A model generated the notes under the pieces. It was not told the DNA's origin and made no database searches. It saw nothing but the letters and a program-made list of their open reading frames with translations. Made by a program: the position numbers and the translations under genes. Shown in pieces: positions 21,325 through 31,900 of a stretch of 64,000 nt of DNA. Source of the DNA: Oscillospiraceae bacterium. Lineage in GTDB: Bacteria; Bacillota; Clostridia; Oscillospirales; CAG-272. Location of the stretch: the NCBI GenBank assembly GCA_015064745.1, contig SVRR01000006.1:115-64114 (forward strand). Reading direction: 5' to 3'. Every line of letters starts with the position of its first letter. Positions within the stretch are counted from its first letter, which is position 1.

Positions 21325-24300
21325 TTAATCCTCGGGGAAAAGGAATTGAAGGGTGAGGTTGCGGCTATTCGGCCACAGCTGTACGCTTCTGTCAAGCAGT
21401 TTGTTCGCCTGCTTGTTTTTGCCCTCCTTGGCAATGAGGGCGCGCGCCTTTTCCTTGACGGTGTGTATACCGCCGTCTGTCCAAAGGTACCTGACGATCA
21501 TATCGTATACGTTCTTATCCGAGCAACGGAAGACCGCGCAGGGCGCCGCCTTCTCAAAGGGACGCTCGCTGACCGCCTTGGCAAAGACCTTGGCAATCTG
21601 CTCTTCGTTGTACGAGGTCAAGTATCCGCCATGGAAACGGCAATACTCATGCTTGGTTGCGCGGAATTCTTCAAGATCGCCAAAGAGCTCGGGATCGGGC
21701 TCGCGGACCGACTTGTCTTCGCCCAGCAGATTTTCCTTAGCTGTGACGCAGAAATAGCCGTAGCCAACTACGTTTTGGTCAGCATCGCCCCTCTTGGTAT
21801 TCGAGGGATCGCCCCAGGTAACGTCAAGATAGTAGCAATACTTTCCAAGCTTCACGACGTTCCACGCGTGGGTCTTGCTGACGACCTGACCGCAGCAAAT
21901 ACCTACCGATTGCAACAGATACTGTGCCGCTACCGCATAACCGACGCAAACCACCTTGTGGTCGACAAGTGCGCTGTGAAGCGAACGGAGCGTATCCTCC
22001 TCGCGTACATTCTGTCCCGCACCGCTATCAAGTCCAACGCCGTCATAATCGAGATTGAGGATCAAGCGGCGGTAAATGGTGAGCATTGCCTCGTAAGGAT
22101 CGGTCTTTCTCGTGATGCCCTTGGTAAAGAACTTGACATGAGCGCGAAGCTCTTTTCTGTGCTTTTGCACACGGGCAACGTCCACCTTGCCGTCACTACC
22201 AAGGCAACGGAAGCAGAGCATCATGCTCTTGACCTTATCTCCCACGTGGCTGTAACGGAAGCTTTCTACCCAGAAAAATTCGGGATAATCGTACAGAACG
22301 AAATAGAAGATACGGCGCACCATAGCAAGAGGCATATCAAAGCAGGGGATCGCCTCGTCGCTGAAATCGGAGATGTGACGGGCAATCTCGTTGTAAAGAC
22401 GAATCTGAGGATTTCTATCCTCCTCAGGCTCGTGAGGAATGAGCTCGCTTCCCGTCTTCAATTTCGCAAGCTTGCCGTTCTTTTCACCCTCGGGTGTTGT
22501 CCTCGGCATACCGTCGGAGGCAGTGGAGGTATCGCCCTCATCGGCGCCCGTATCGCCTGTCTCGGAAGCATCCCCGTCGGTGGTTCTGCCATCGTTGCTG
22601 TCGTCGTCGCTCGCGCGCTTGCCACGCAGATAACGCTTCCAGAAGCGAGGCACGCGGTCGGGATCGTAAAGAGCATCCAGACCTTCGTTTCCGCCACCCT
22701 CCTCATCGTCGTCACCGGGCGTGGGAAGAATATCGTCGTCATCGGGACGTGTCGCGTTTTCTACTACGTAATCGAAGGAGGTCCTTCCCGTATTTTCCGC
22801 AATATAACGCTTGATATCATCCACCAAGGGCATCCAGCTGTCCCCTATGGCTGTGCGTGTATATTCCGCGCGCTCCGCGGCACCGATGCTGTCAAGATAG
22901 CAAAGCTCCTCGTAATAAAGCTGTGCAACGGCAGAGGTGGTCACGCAATTATCGTCTCTGTGCCATACCGAGAGGAAGCCGCGCAAAACCGCCACAAAGA
23001 CACAGTCATGCGGCAGATCGCACTCGATCTCCACACGGCGATTCTCGTATGCCAAGCGATAGAAGTACTCGCTAAGCTCCTGACCTTCCTCCAAGGAGAA
23101 GGGATCGGCAAGCGTGAAGTTCACGTTTCTCGGAAGCTCTCTGTCGGCAAAATGCTCTGCCCAATAGCTCTTGACCTCTTCGACCACACGCACAAGGTCC
23201 TTATCCTCGCTGATCGCTTCAACCTGACAGCCAAAGCAGATGTATCTGTGGTCATCGTAAATGGCGTAACGTCCCGTCACGAGAGGACGCTTACAGAAGG
23301 AGCAGTGCGTGGGCTTTTCGACCGCATCCTCTTCCTTGTCCTCGCCGATCTTGCGCTCACAGTTTGCAAGAAGAGCAAGGCTTCCTTCAAGGTCGTAGAC
23401 CGAAGGCAGGGTATCCGCGCCAAAATAAATATAATGTGCGTCCCCCGCCGGAAGGGTGGGATGGCTTCCGAGCCATTTCAGATAGTCGTAAATATAGGAG
23501 AACAGCTCCTCCATGATGCGGGCACCGCCGTCATAAAGACGATCGAGAATACCGACGTCCGCATCCGCGTCATTGATGATAAGAAATTCTGCCGTCTTCT
23601 CATCCTTTGCCGCGGTGCCGTCCACAAGATAAGGGTACAAGGTTTCAACGCAGCCCTCGTAGCTCTCGTTGACCGACTCCTTTTCGATGGGCGCAAGGAG
23701 CACAGGACACACCGCAACGCAACGGTAGGTCTCGGGGAACATGGTGCGCAAGAACTCGTTAAGAACAGCGGCGAGAAGCTTTCTTGTGCCGTCCGAGCAC
23801 TTTTGACGCGAAACAAGGCGAACAGAAAGGATCTTACCGTCCTTGAGGCGTCTTGCCTGCTCGTTTACCGTACGCTCGTCAAGATTCGGGTTACCGCCGA
23901 CACCATCCTTAAAGTTAAGCGTCTGGCTGTTCGCCATCAAGCGATAGAAGCCGTAGGTCTCACCGAGGATCTCCGCGCTCTCGTATCCGATGTTGATCTC
24001 CGCAAGCGTTCCCATGCTGTAATGGTGTACGCCGTGAAGAGCTCCCGCATCCTTGCGTCCCGAAACGGTATAGCGACGCAGGAAAGCGGTATCGAGACAA
24101 GAGTTGTTGGTAATGTTCTCTTGGCGCAGATAAATGGTGTGTTTGTCTCCCGAGATCTTCTCAATTTCATACTCGTGGTTGTCATAAATGATATATTGAC
24201 CCGGCAAATACTGCTGATACACGCGATCGGGGAAGGTATCAAGCGTGCCAATGACCGTACCGTGCATCGAAAGCTCGACACGCGCATTGTTGGCAAGTAG

Positions 24301-26787
24301 CTTTTCAAAGACCTCCTCAATGCGGAGGAAGGAGATGTGCAGCTCGCTGCGAAGCACGTATCCGTCCTTCTTCTCAGGCTGAATGATGCTGTAATAGTTG
24401 TAAACGGGCTTTTTGGCAACCGTGTACTCAACCACCTTGCCGCCACTCTTGCTTTCCTTCTTTTCCGCGATCATCTTGGGATCGAACATCAACTCGGAAA
24501 GCAGGAATGCTACGCGGGCATTGAGGTCGTACGCCGGCTTCATACCCTTTTCCTTCATCGCGGCATCAATGCGCTCAGAGAAGCGAGAGATGGGCATGCC
24601 CGAATCGTCCGCCGTTGCTTCGCAAAGCAAACGCAAAAGCAAAATCTTGTCGGTATCTGCATGCTCGGTCGCGCGAGGCTTAATCAGGTCGGATTGGTTG
24701 ACGTACATCTCCACGCGGTCTCCGAAATACTCACGGAGCAGGTAAGGGCGGCTGAGAATGTGCAGAATGGACGCTTCTCTGCCGTGGAAGCGCGTGTACG
24801 CATAAATGGCGGCAGCGAGATTGCATCGGTCGTCCGTGCAGATCATGTAATTGACGCGCGGCACTTCCTTATGGAAGTGATTGATCTCAACGTCGTGCGC
24901 CATAAAATTCTGCTTCTCGGCAGGTGTAAGCGGAACGCTTGTCAAAATACGAATACCGTCCACATGAGCACCGTACGCCGCCTCGGCGATCAAGGACTCA
25001 ATGGTGGTCTCGCTTTGACCGTCCTTGTTATAGAGGACGTTGCTTTCGCGGTTCCACAGCATGTAGGAAACGTGCTCGTTTTCCTCAGCACTGTTGCAGT
25101 CAACGATCTCCTCGTCGATGCAGAAGAACTTGCGAAGGCTTGCCGAGAAGCCCTGCAAAACGTCGCGGGAAAGGAACATGAAACGGATCCTTCCGTTCGT
25201 TGCTTCCTTTAAGCGACAAGCCATAATAGCGCAAAGATAGCTGTTCAGATTAAGGATCTTATCCGCGTCCACGAAGACAGCGTTGCACGCCTCCTCAAAG
25301 AAGCCGGGATAGTTTTCCACAAGATTGTCGGTCGCAAAATCCTCAGGCACACCCACAAGAACGTCCGCCTCGTTGAGGTGATGCGCGTCGGCACTGTAAA
25401 CGCGCCAGGTCTCCTCGCGCGTCACTCCCGTGATTTCTGTGAGTCGGTTACCGATGTATTGCTGGAGCCCTACCACCTTGCTTCTGTCCGAGACGATAAA
25501 GATGATCCTCTGTCCCGAAAGCAAGCGCATATAGGCATAGGAGATGATGTATTCGCCCAGCTGAGAATAGAAGGACGAGCCGAAATACACGTGTCGGTTA
25601 TTGAACACCGCGTCAAGACCACCCATATAGCTTTGAATGACCTTGCCATAATTGTTTTTCATATAGACGCTGATGTACCCCATCGCGTCCTTATAGATCT
25701 CGTTGGTACAGCGGTATTCCGCGACCTCCTTCGATTCGGTGGCAGGAAAATAGCGAATGCTGTGATACTTGGCAAAGCGGCGCAAAATGTCACAGCGAAG
25801 CTTGTCAAGACCGATCTTTTTCTGTTCCTTCTCTTCCTTTTCCGCAATCTCAATCACTCTTTTGGTCGAGACAGGAGGCTTGCAGGGGGAGCGGAAGGTA
25901 TTGCAAAGCTCTTGCAAAAAGATAAGAGAAATGAAAGGATAGATGTACATCTTGGCGGTGAGCCAGTTGAGAACGGTGTACACGAAGGCAGGCATGGGGA
26001 AGAAAACGCCTAACAGCAAAAGGAAGAAGAGCACGGCATAAAGCGCCTCTACAACGTAGATAAAGAACTGTACGACCGAGGTTGCGGCATGTACAAAGCG
26101 GCGCGAGTGCTTTAAGTCGGGCGCTTCAAAGAAGATGCCCCAAAAGCCCATGTAGACACGGTAGAGGAAGGGATGCTCCTTTTTGAACTTTTCATCCTCC
26201 GCATGCGTCTTGCGGGTGGCGAGCGCCTTTTCCTCCTCGTCTTGCGCGTTTGCGGTATCCGCGGTATCCTCCGTCTTCTTGCGTCTTGCGCGGAAGAAAA
26301 CGGAAATGCGGCGCGGCTTTTTCGCCGTATCGCCTGTCGCCGTCGACTGCTCCTCACCGTCGTTCTTTTTCTTCTTTTTCGACTTTTTCTTTTTCTTATG
26401 GAAGCCAAAGCAAACGCCGAGCGCTCCCTTGACAAACGCTTTGAGGAACAAAAGCAGGTAAAGCGTCACAAGATTCAAAAGCAGGACCTTGAAGACGACC
26501 GAGCTTCCGAAAGCAAGCGCGGAGGATGCCTTGGAAAGAAGCTTTGCAATAAACGGAACGGAAGCGACCGTGCTTGCGATGTTGAAGATTGCGCCGTAAA
26601 CGACAGCAAGCGCCACAAATTCAAGCACCGCCAAAACAACGAAGAATGCGTTTAAACGGTTGTTGGGCGCTTCATAACGCAGAGCGTAAAAGCTCGAAAA
26701 GCGTCGTAGCTTTTTAGGCAGGGGAAGAAGAGGGAGAAAAAGGAGCAATACTGCTGCAATGATAATAAGAACCTTTACTGCTGTCAT
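21325..26787 (-). CDS. 1820-aa membrane-anchored multidomain protein: TM helices, degenerate SF2-helicase-like region, Zn ribbon, transglutaminase/papain-like C-terminal domain
   Basis: N-terminal TM segments; CSFC...CFGC; VCVGYA...HAWN...LDVTW catalytic triad; remnants of helicase motifs without a Walker A. Confidence 0.8.
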   Translation of the reverse strand: MTAVKVLIIIAAVLLLFLPLLPLPKKLRRFSSFYALRYEAPNNRLNAFFVVLAVLEFVALAVVYGAIFNIASTVASVPFIAKLLSKASSALAFGSSVVFKVLLLNLVTLYLLLFLKAFVKGALGVCFGFHKKKKKSKKKKKNDGEEQSTATGDTAKKPRRISVFFRARRKKTEDTADTANAQDEEEKALATRKTHAEDEKFKKEHPFLYRVYMGFWGIFFEAPDLKHSRRFVHAATSVVQFFIYVVEALYAVLFFLLLLGVFFPMPAFVYTVLNWLTAKMYIYPFISLIFLQELCNTFRSPCKPPVSTKRVIEIAEKEEKEQKKIGLDKLRCDILRRFAKYHSIRYFPATESKEVAEYRCTNEIYKDAMGYISVYMKNNYGKVIQSYMGGLDAVFNNRHVYFGSSFYSQLGEYIISYAYMRLLSGQRIIFIVSDRSKVVGLQQYIGNRLTEITGVTREETWRVYSADAHHLNEADVLVGVPEDFATDNLVENYPGFFEEACNAVFVDADKILNLNSYLCAIMACRLKEATNGRIRFMFLSRDVLQGFSASLRKFFCIDEEIVDCNSAEENEHVSYMLWNRESNVLYNKDGQSETTIESLIAEAAYGAHVDGIRILTSVPLTPAEKQNFMAHDVEINHFHKEVPRVNYMICTDDRCNLAAAIYAYTRFHGREASILHILSRPYLLREYFGDRVEMYVNQSDLIKPRATEHADTDKILLLRLLCEATADDSGMPISRFSERIDAAMKEKGMKPAYDLNARVAFLLSELMFDPKMIAEKKESKSGGKVVEYTVAKKPVYNYYSIIQPEKKDGYVLRSELHISFLRIEEVFEKLLANNARVELSMHGTVIGTLDTFPDRVYQQYLPGQYIIYDNHEYEIEKISGDKHTIYLRQENITNNSCLDTAFLRRYTVSGRKDAGALHGVHHYSMGTLAEINIGYESAEILGETYGFYRLMANSQTLNFKDGVGGNPNLDERTVNEQARRLKDGKILSVRLVSRQKCSDGTRKLLAAVLNEFLRTMFPETYRCVAVCPVLLAPIEKESVNESYEGCVETLYPYLVDGTAAKDEKTAEFLIINDADADVGILDRLYDGGARIMEELFSYIYDYLKWLGSHPTLPAGDAHYIYFGADTLPSVYDLEGSLALLANCERKIGEDKEEDAVEKPTHCSFCKRPLVTGRYAIYDDHRYICFGCQVEAISEDKDLVRVVEEVKSYWAEHFADRELPRNVNFTLADPFSLEEGQELSEYFYRLAYENRRVEIECDLPHDCVFVAVLRGFLSVWHRDDNCVTTSAVAQLYYEELCYLDSIGAAERAEYTRTAIGDSWMPLVDDIKRYIAENTGRTSFDYVVENATRPDDDDILPTPGDDDEEGGGNEGLDALYDPDRVPRFWKRYLRGKRASDDDSNDGRTTDGDASETGDTGADEGDTSTASDGMPRTTPEGEKNGKLAKLKTGSELIPHEPEEDRNPQIRLYNEIARHISDFSDEAIPCFDMPLAMVRRIFYFVLYDYPEFFWVESFRYSHVGDKVKSMMLCFRCLGSDGKVDVARVQKHRKELRAHVKFFTKGITRKTDPYEAMLTIYRRLILNLDYDGVGLDSGAGQNVREEDTLRSLHSALVDHKVVCVGYAVAAQYLLQSVGICCGQVVSKTHAWNVVKLGKYCYYLDVTWGDPSNTKRGDADQNVVGYGYFCVTAKENLLGEDKSVREPDPELFGDLEEFRATKHEYCRFHGGYLTSYNEEQIAKVFAKAVSERPFEKAAPCAVFRCSDKNVYDMIVRYLWTDGGIHTVKEKARALIAKEGKNKQANKLLDRSVQLWPNSRNLTLQFLFPED

Positions 26788-26792
26788 CGTCC

Positions 26793-28790
26793 TTATATTC
26801 TCCTTTCTTCAAAAATGTCTTCAATCACGTCAATGGTGAACACCTTATAAATGCGGTTCATACGGAAGGACTCGTTGAGCTTAAACTCGTCGTCATCCAA
26901 AGCAACCTCTCCATCCGCCTTGTGTGCCACCTGCATGCTGGTCAGCATACCGAGCAGGACGTCGCGCACACGCTCAAGCATTTCTCGGTGCTCTTCAATA
27001 TGGCGATTGATCTCACGGTTTGCCTCGTACAGCATAGCAAGCTCCGCAAGCTCATAGTGAATGCTCTCCACGGCAGGCAAATATATGATATAACGGTTTC
27101 TTAAACGGAAGATCGCCTGTCTTTGTTTGACAAGGCATTTCTCGTGCAGGTCGGTCATCTCCAGCTTTGCCGAACGGATATCCCGTAAAATGGGGATCAC
27201 GTGTAAAAGCGCCGAAAGAAGGAAGACTCCGCCAAATACAGCCATGGCGACGGAAAGAAGGACTACCGCGCCAAGCTTCGAATCCTTAATTTGGAAAACG
27301 AAATAGGGAACGAGCATGGCAAGCATTACAAGCACAAAGCATACGACATTGGTGCGTACGTATTTCTCAATACGCGCCTTGCCCGAAAGATATTTGTCGC
27401 GCGCGTCATTTGCCTTAGCAAATTCTTCGGTGTAATCGGCACCGTCATAATCGGCATCGATCGCCGCCTTTAAAATACGGCGCATGGTAACCTTTTTCTT
27501 CTCTACGGCATTTTCATATTCAAGCCCCGAGGGGTACTTGCTTTGCTTCTTTGCGTCACGCAAAATGGCACGGGTGTCCTGCTCGGTGGCGTGATTGCGC
27601 ATCTCGTCGCGCGTTTGCTTGTAAGCGCTCATATAGGTCGCAAGCTCCCGCTTTTCATCCGCACTCTTGGTGCCGGGCGGCACGGAGGCAAGCTCACGGA
27701 TCTTATCGTAGCGCGCTTCAAAGCTCGTCCCCTTCGCGGCGGCGATGACGTCCATCTTTTCCTCATCGCTCATGGTATCGACGCAAATGCTGTCGGAAAC
27801 CGTTTTGCGCGTTTCGAGCACGTAGAAGCCGTTGGAGTTGCCGCTTTGACGGACATATTCAAGGGCGCTTTGCACCTTGCCATAGGAATGACGAAGTGTG
27901 TCGAAGAAGCGCTCCTTATTCATTTTCGGCACGTCCACCACGTCGTCTCTCTTATCAACGGCGATATCCATTTCCTGCTCGTAGGAACGGATAAGAGCCA
28001 AGGAGAGGTTGAGGTTATCGAAGGCAGCGCGGCTTTCGCTCCTCGCCGATGCCGTACCCGCTACATACGTACGTGAGCGCGAGCCGAAGGCACGATAAGC
28101 GATGTCGTACTTTTCGGAAAGATTGCGATAAAAGGTATCGAAGGTCGCGTCCTTCGCCTTGCCGATATCCTTACAAAATTCATCGGCACGGAAGGTAAGC
28201 TTTCCTCCGCGGTATTCGACCGTAAACATCTCGTAACGGGGGAGCTCTTTTACATCCTCAGACGCTTCCGCTTCTGCCTTTTTCGTACTCTTCTTTTCGG
28301 CTTTGACAGGCTCTTCGGGCATGCGGACGGTCTTTTTCGCCTCTACAATACGGTCATGCTCATCGTCAAGACCGAGGAGAGTCGCAAGCTGCTCCTTCTC
28401 CGCCGCATTCTCACGAATGGTATTCTTTTCCGTGTATTGAATATAGAACACCTCAAGGCCGTCAAAGCCGAGCTGCGCACGGCGAAGCGGCGTATAGAGA
28501 TGGTCATGGAGATATATTTCTATCAACGATTTATATATCGCAAGATACTCGCTGACGGGATTTTCTTCGGGATACAGCGTCTTATCGAACGCCAAAAAGT
28601 CAACGAGCACGACTACACGGTATTCCCCTGCGGTCATCGGCTGTTGACGCTTGACGATCTCCTCCGCGCAATCCTCAATAGCACTCAAAGGGCTGCGCAT
28701 CCATGAGATCTTATTGTATCCGACCAACTCAAAAAGAAGATCGGTTTTGAGAACCTTATTCTCCGATGTATTGATAACGTATGTTAACAT
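26793..28790 (-). CDS. Hypothetical coiled-coil protein with C-terminal TM hairpin
   Basis: 665-aa ORF with RBS; two hydrophobic helices flanked by helical charged regions; 5 nt from the next gene. Confidence 0.85.
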   Translation of the reverse strand: MLTYVINTSENKVLKTDLLFELVGYNKISWMRSPLSAIEDCAEEIVKRQQPMTAGEYRVVVLVDFLAFDKTLYPEENPVSEYLAIYKSLIEIYLHDHLYTPLRRAQLGFDGLEVFYIQYTEKNTIRENAAEKEQLATLLGLDDEHDRIVEAKKTVRMPEEPVKAEKKSTKKAEAEASEDVKELPRYEMFTVEYRGGKLTFRADEFCKDIGKAKDATFDTFYRNLSEKYDIAYRAFGSRSRTYVAGTASARSESRAAFDNLNLSLALIRSYEQEMDIAVDKRDDVVDVPKMNKERFFDTLRHSYGKVQSALEYVRQSGNSNGFYVLETRKTVSDSICVDTMSDEEKMDVIAAAKGTSFEARYDKIRELASVPPGTKSADEKRELATYMSAYKQTRDEMRNHATEQDTRAILRDAKKQSKYPSGLEYENAVEKKKVTMRRILKAAIDADYDGADYTEEFAKANDARDKYLSGKARIEKYVRTNVVCFVLVMLAMLVPYFVFQIKDSKLGAVVLLSVAMAVFGGVFLLSALLHVIPILRDIRSAKLEMTDLHEKCLVKQRQAIFRLRNRYIIYLPAVESIHYELAELAMLYEANREINRHIEEHREMLERVRDVLLGMLTSMQVAHKADGEVALDDDEFKLNESFRMNRIYKVFTIDVIEDIFEERRI

Positions 28791-28935
28791 TCTTCAGGTC
28801 CTTTCTTCGGGAAGGATGTCCTTCCCTGCTCATAAGAAACAGGAAAATTGACGGCGCCCCGCCCCAAGGCTTTCACCTTGAGGCTGTCCCTACGGACACG
28901 GGGCGCTGTTTTGACGGCAACGCCGTCGGGGAAGA

Positions 28936-31900
28936 TTATTCTTCGGAGTTTGCGGGAGCTGCGGGAGCCGTTTCTGCCACAGGCGCCGCCTCGACAGGAG
29001 TCTCCTTCTTGGGAGCTACGTCAATACCGCGGCTCTTGCGCACGTTGCTCACGCATCTTGCCATGCGATCCTCTTGGAAGGCGTTGAAGTTGAAGGCTCT
29101 CTTCGCCCACTTACCCTTGCCGGGCTCGGCGGAGGGAACGATCTCCATGAAGCATCCTGCGCGGTTTGCAAATTGAAGCATCATCTTTGCCGTATCAAGC
29201 GCGGTAGCCTCGGGAATATCCTCGTCACAGAACATCTCGGCGATGAAGTAATCAAGCTCCCACATATAGACCTCGGCAAAGAGATCGTCCGTGCTGCTGA
29301 CGACGCGCTCACAGAGATCCCAAAGAAGATCGCTGACGACAGCGAGAATCTTCTCGGCATCGTTGCAGTCGTAGCCGCCGCGGCTTTCTTCCTCAACCTT
29401 AACGGCATAAGCGAACTCGAAGAGGCTCTTGTTCAGCTTCTTTTGAAGCACCGTGCGGGCAGAAGAGCCTGCGGGCGCATTGTTAAGGAGATTCTCAAAG
29501 ATGTTTCTGCGGAGCATGGAGAGATACTTGGTGGTAGTGAGCTTTGCCTTTGCGGCAGGAATCTCGTGCGCAAAGCCCGTCTTGGGAAGAACGGAGAGCT
29601 GATCCTCGACATTGCGGTCGAACTCTTGGCACCATTTCTCGATCTTATCGTCCTGAGGACGGAGCCATGCGATAAGACCGATCAGATTGTTTTCGTCGAC
29701 AAATCTACCGTCGCCGACGATCTTCTCGCCCGCAAAGCGGAAGGCTCTGTCGGAATACTCGGCGCTGTACGAGATCTCACCGTTCATGATAGCGTAAAGA
29801 AGCGCCTTAAAGAGCTTCTTGTCTGCCTCAGCCTCGAGATCGGGGTTGATGTAAGGCAGGTAGCCGCGCTTGTGCCAGTTGAAGCCAAGGTGCGGGAACA
29901 TGCTGTCGTTCTTCTGGTCTTCGCCGACCTTCACAGCTTCAAGATAACGCTTGTAATAGCCGTCCTCGCCGCTCTTCTCGTTGACCTTCACGATATCCAC
30001 CGAGTTAACGCTCATGAGCGCGCGGCAGATAAAGATGGTGTTCTCGGGAACGGTGTCCTCGATACGAACAAAGGATTCGGGGCAGAATCTGGTTACAAGG
30101 TCATCGGTGCATGCGGCGCTGGGCGCGATGCCGAAGCGGTCGGTGTTCTTCTGCAAGTAATCCTCAACCTTTTTCGGAGCAAGAACGACACCCTGCGTCT
30201 TATGCATACCGCCGGACTTCACTTGAAGTGCGGGCTTCGCCATCTCGAAGGCAGTCAAAATAGCCGTCTTTGCCGCATCGTATTCCTTGCCGCGGTTTTC
30301 CTCGGCAAGCACCTCGAAAACGTTTCTCGCGCGCAGAGCAACGCAATAGTCGCCCTTCGCAATCTGCTTGAGGTTGGAAGCCTTCATGGTATCGAACACA
30401 GCGGTGGCATCCACACGCTCATCCTCGGCAACGGTGCCCTTCTTTGCGCAGGACATCTTGTAGGCGATAGCGAATACGCCTTCGCCTGCCGTGCTGATGC
30501 CCTCACGCTCGTCAGCCATACTGTCCTCCATCATCAGCTCGTAATGACGGCGGCGCTGTTCAATGGAAGCACCCACGTATACACAAGAGGTGTCGGCACC
30601 CTTTGCCTTATCCTCCTCTGCTCTCTTGACCTTTTCCTTAAGGCGATCCTTCTGCTCGGCAAAGCGGCCGAAGAAGGAACGGTAGCTCTCGATCATGGCG
30701 TCAATGCGGCCCTTAAGCGTCTCAATGGTGCGGCGGAGAACCATCTCGCCGGCATCGTTCTTGAGGGAGGTGAGCAGCATATCGCCGTCCTTGATCAAAG
30801 CCTCGCTATCGACCGAATAGTCGGTCTTCTGTGCTTTGTATGCCTCTGCCGCGGAGGGATCAAGGAAGGTGCTGAAGCGCGAGGTCTCGCCCTTTAAGTA
30901 AGCACTCTTTGCCGCACGGCTGCCGAGCTGCAGCGTATCAACGTCGCCGCATTCAAGGAAGTCGTGAGGAAGATCGCCGATCTCGTAAGCACCGACGTCA
31001 CGCCACTCCTTACCGCGAAGAGCCGCACCCTCTCTCTCAAGGAGGAGACGGAAGGAGCAAAGCTGAAGCATAGCGGCAACGGGATGGATGTAATAGCCAT
31101 CCTTCGCAAGCACGTTCTCGGTGAAGGAAAGCTTTTGGTTGGCAAGAGGATCCTTCTTGGGATCCATAGGAAGGATCGCATCGGCAACAACGTTCAGCTG
31201 GCTATTGACCTCATCCACTGCCATTTTATAATACGAGTTGAGGCTCTCGTAGATCTCGTTTGCGATCTCTACGACCTGATTTCCCTTAGCCTCCTTCTCG
31301 CTCTTACCCGCAAACAGACCTGCGGCATCCACCTTGGTGATGTCGCTGATGGCATCCAGCTGATCCTTGTTGTCGGGAGCGAGGGCGATGAGCGCCTTCT
31401 TGATCTCCTTCCAATATTCTTCAAGAATATTATAAGGAACGAATTTGCCATCCTTTTCGATGGTGGGCATTACCGCATCCTTCAACATCTCGGTGACGTT
31501 ACAGGTGGGCGTGCGCTCCTCCGCATCCTTAGCGTCGGTAAAGAGCTTTGCGTAATCCTTAACGGTGAGGTGATACTCCTTGCGCATCTCCTTTGCCTTC
31601 TGACGCTTTTCGGCAATCTGTGCCTCGGTTGCATTGTGAAGCACGAGCCATGCGCCTTCGGCATCGTCCTGCGTCTTGCGCCAAGCAAAGTATTCTAACA
31701 TCTCGTCGATAGGATAGTGGATCTCCGAGGAGCCGATACCCGCGAACATACAGTTGTGACCCGTTTCGTTGGCACGCTTTTTCTCCTCATTCGACCAGAT
31801 GGAGTCAAGCTCACCGCCTGCCTTGGTGCAGATGAGGGAGTAAAGAGTGTTTGCAAGTGCCTCGTCGTGCGCGATGATGGAAGAAACGTTGACGATCTTC

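Noticed and set aside
21235-24300. 1021-aa plus-strand ORF
   Set aside because: Lies antisense to the 1820-aa gene with no RBS or recognisable motifs; a shadow ORF caused by codon bias.
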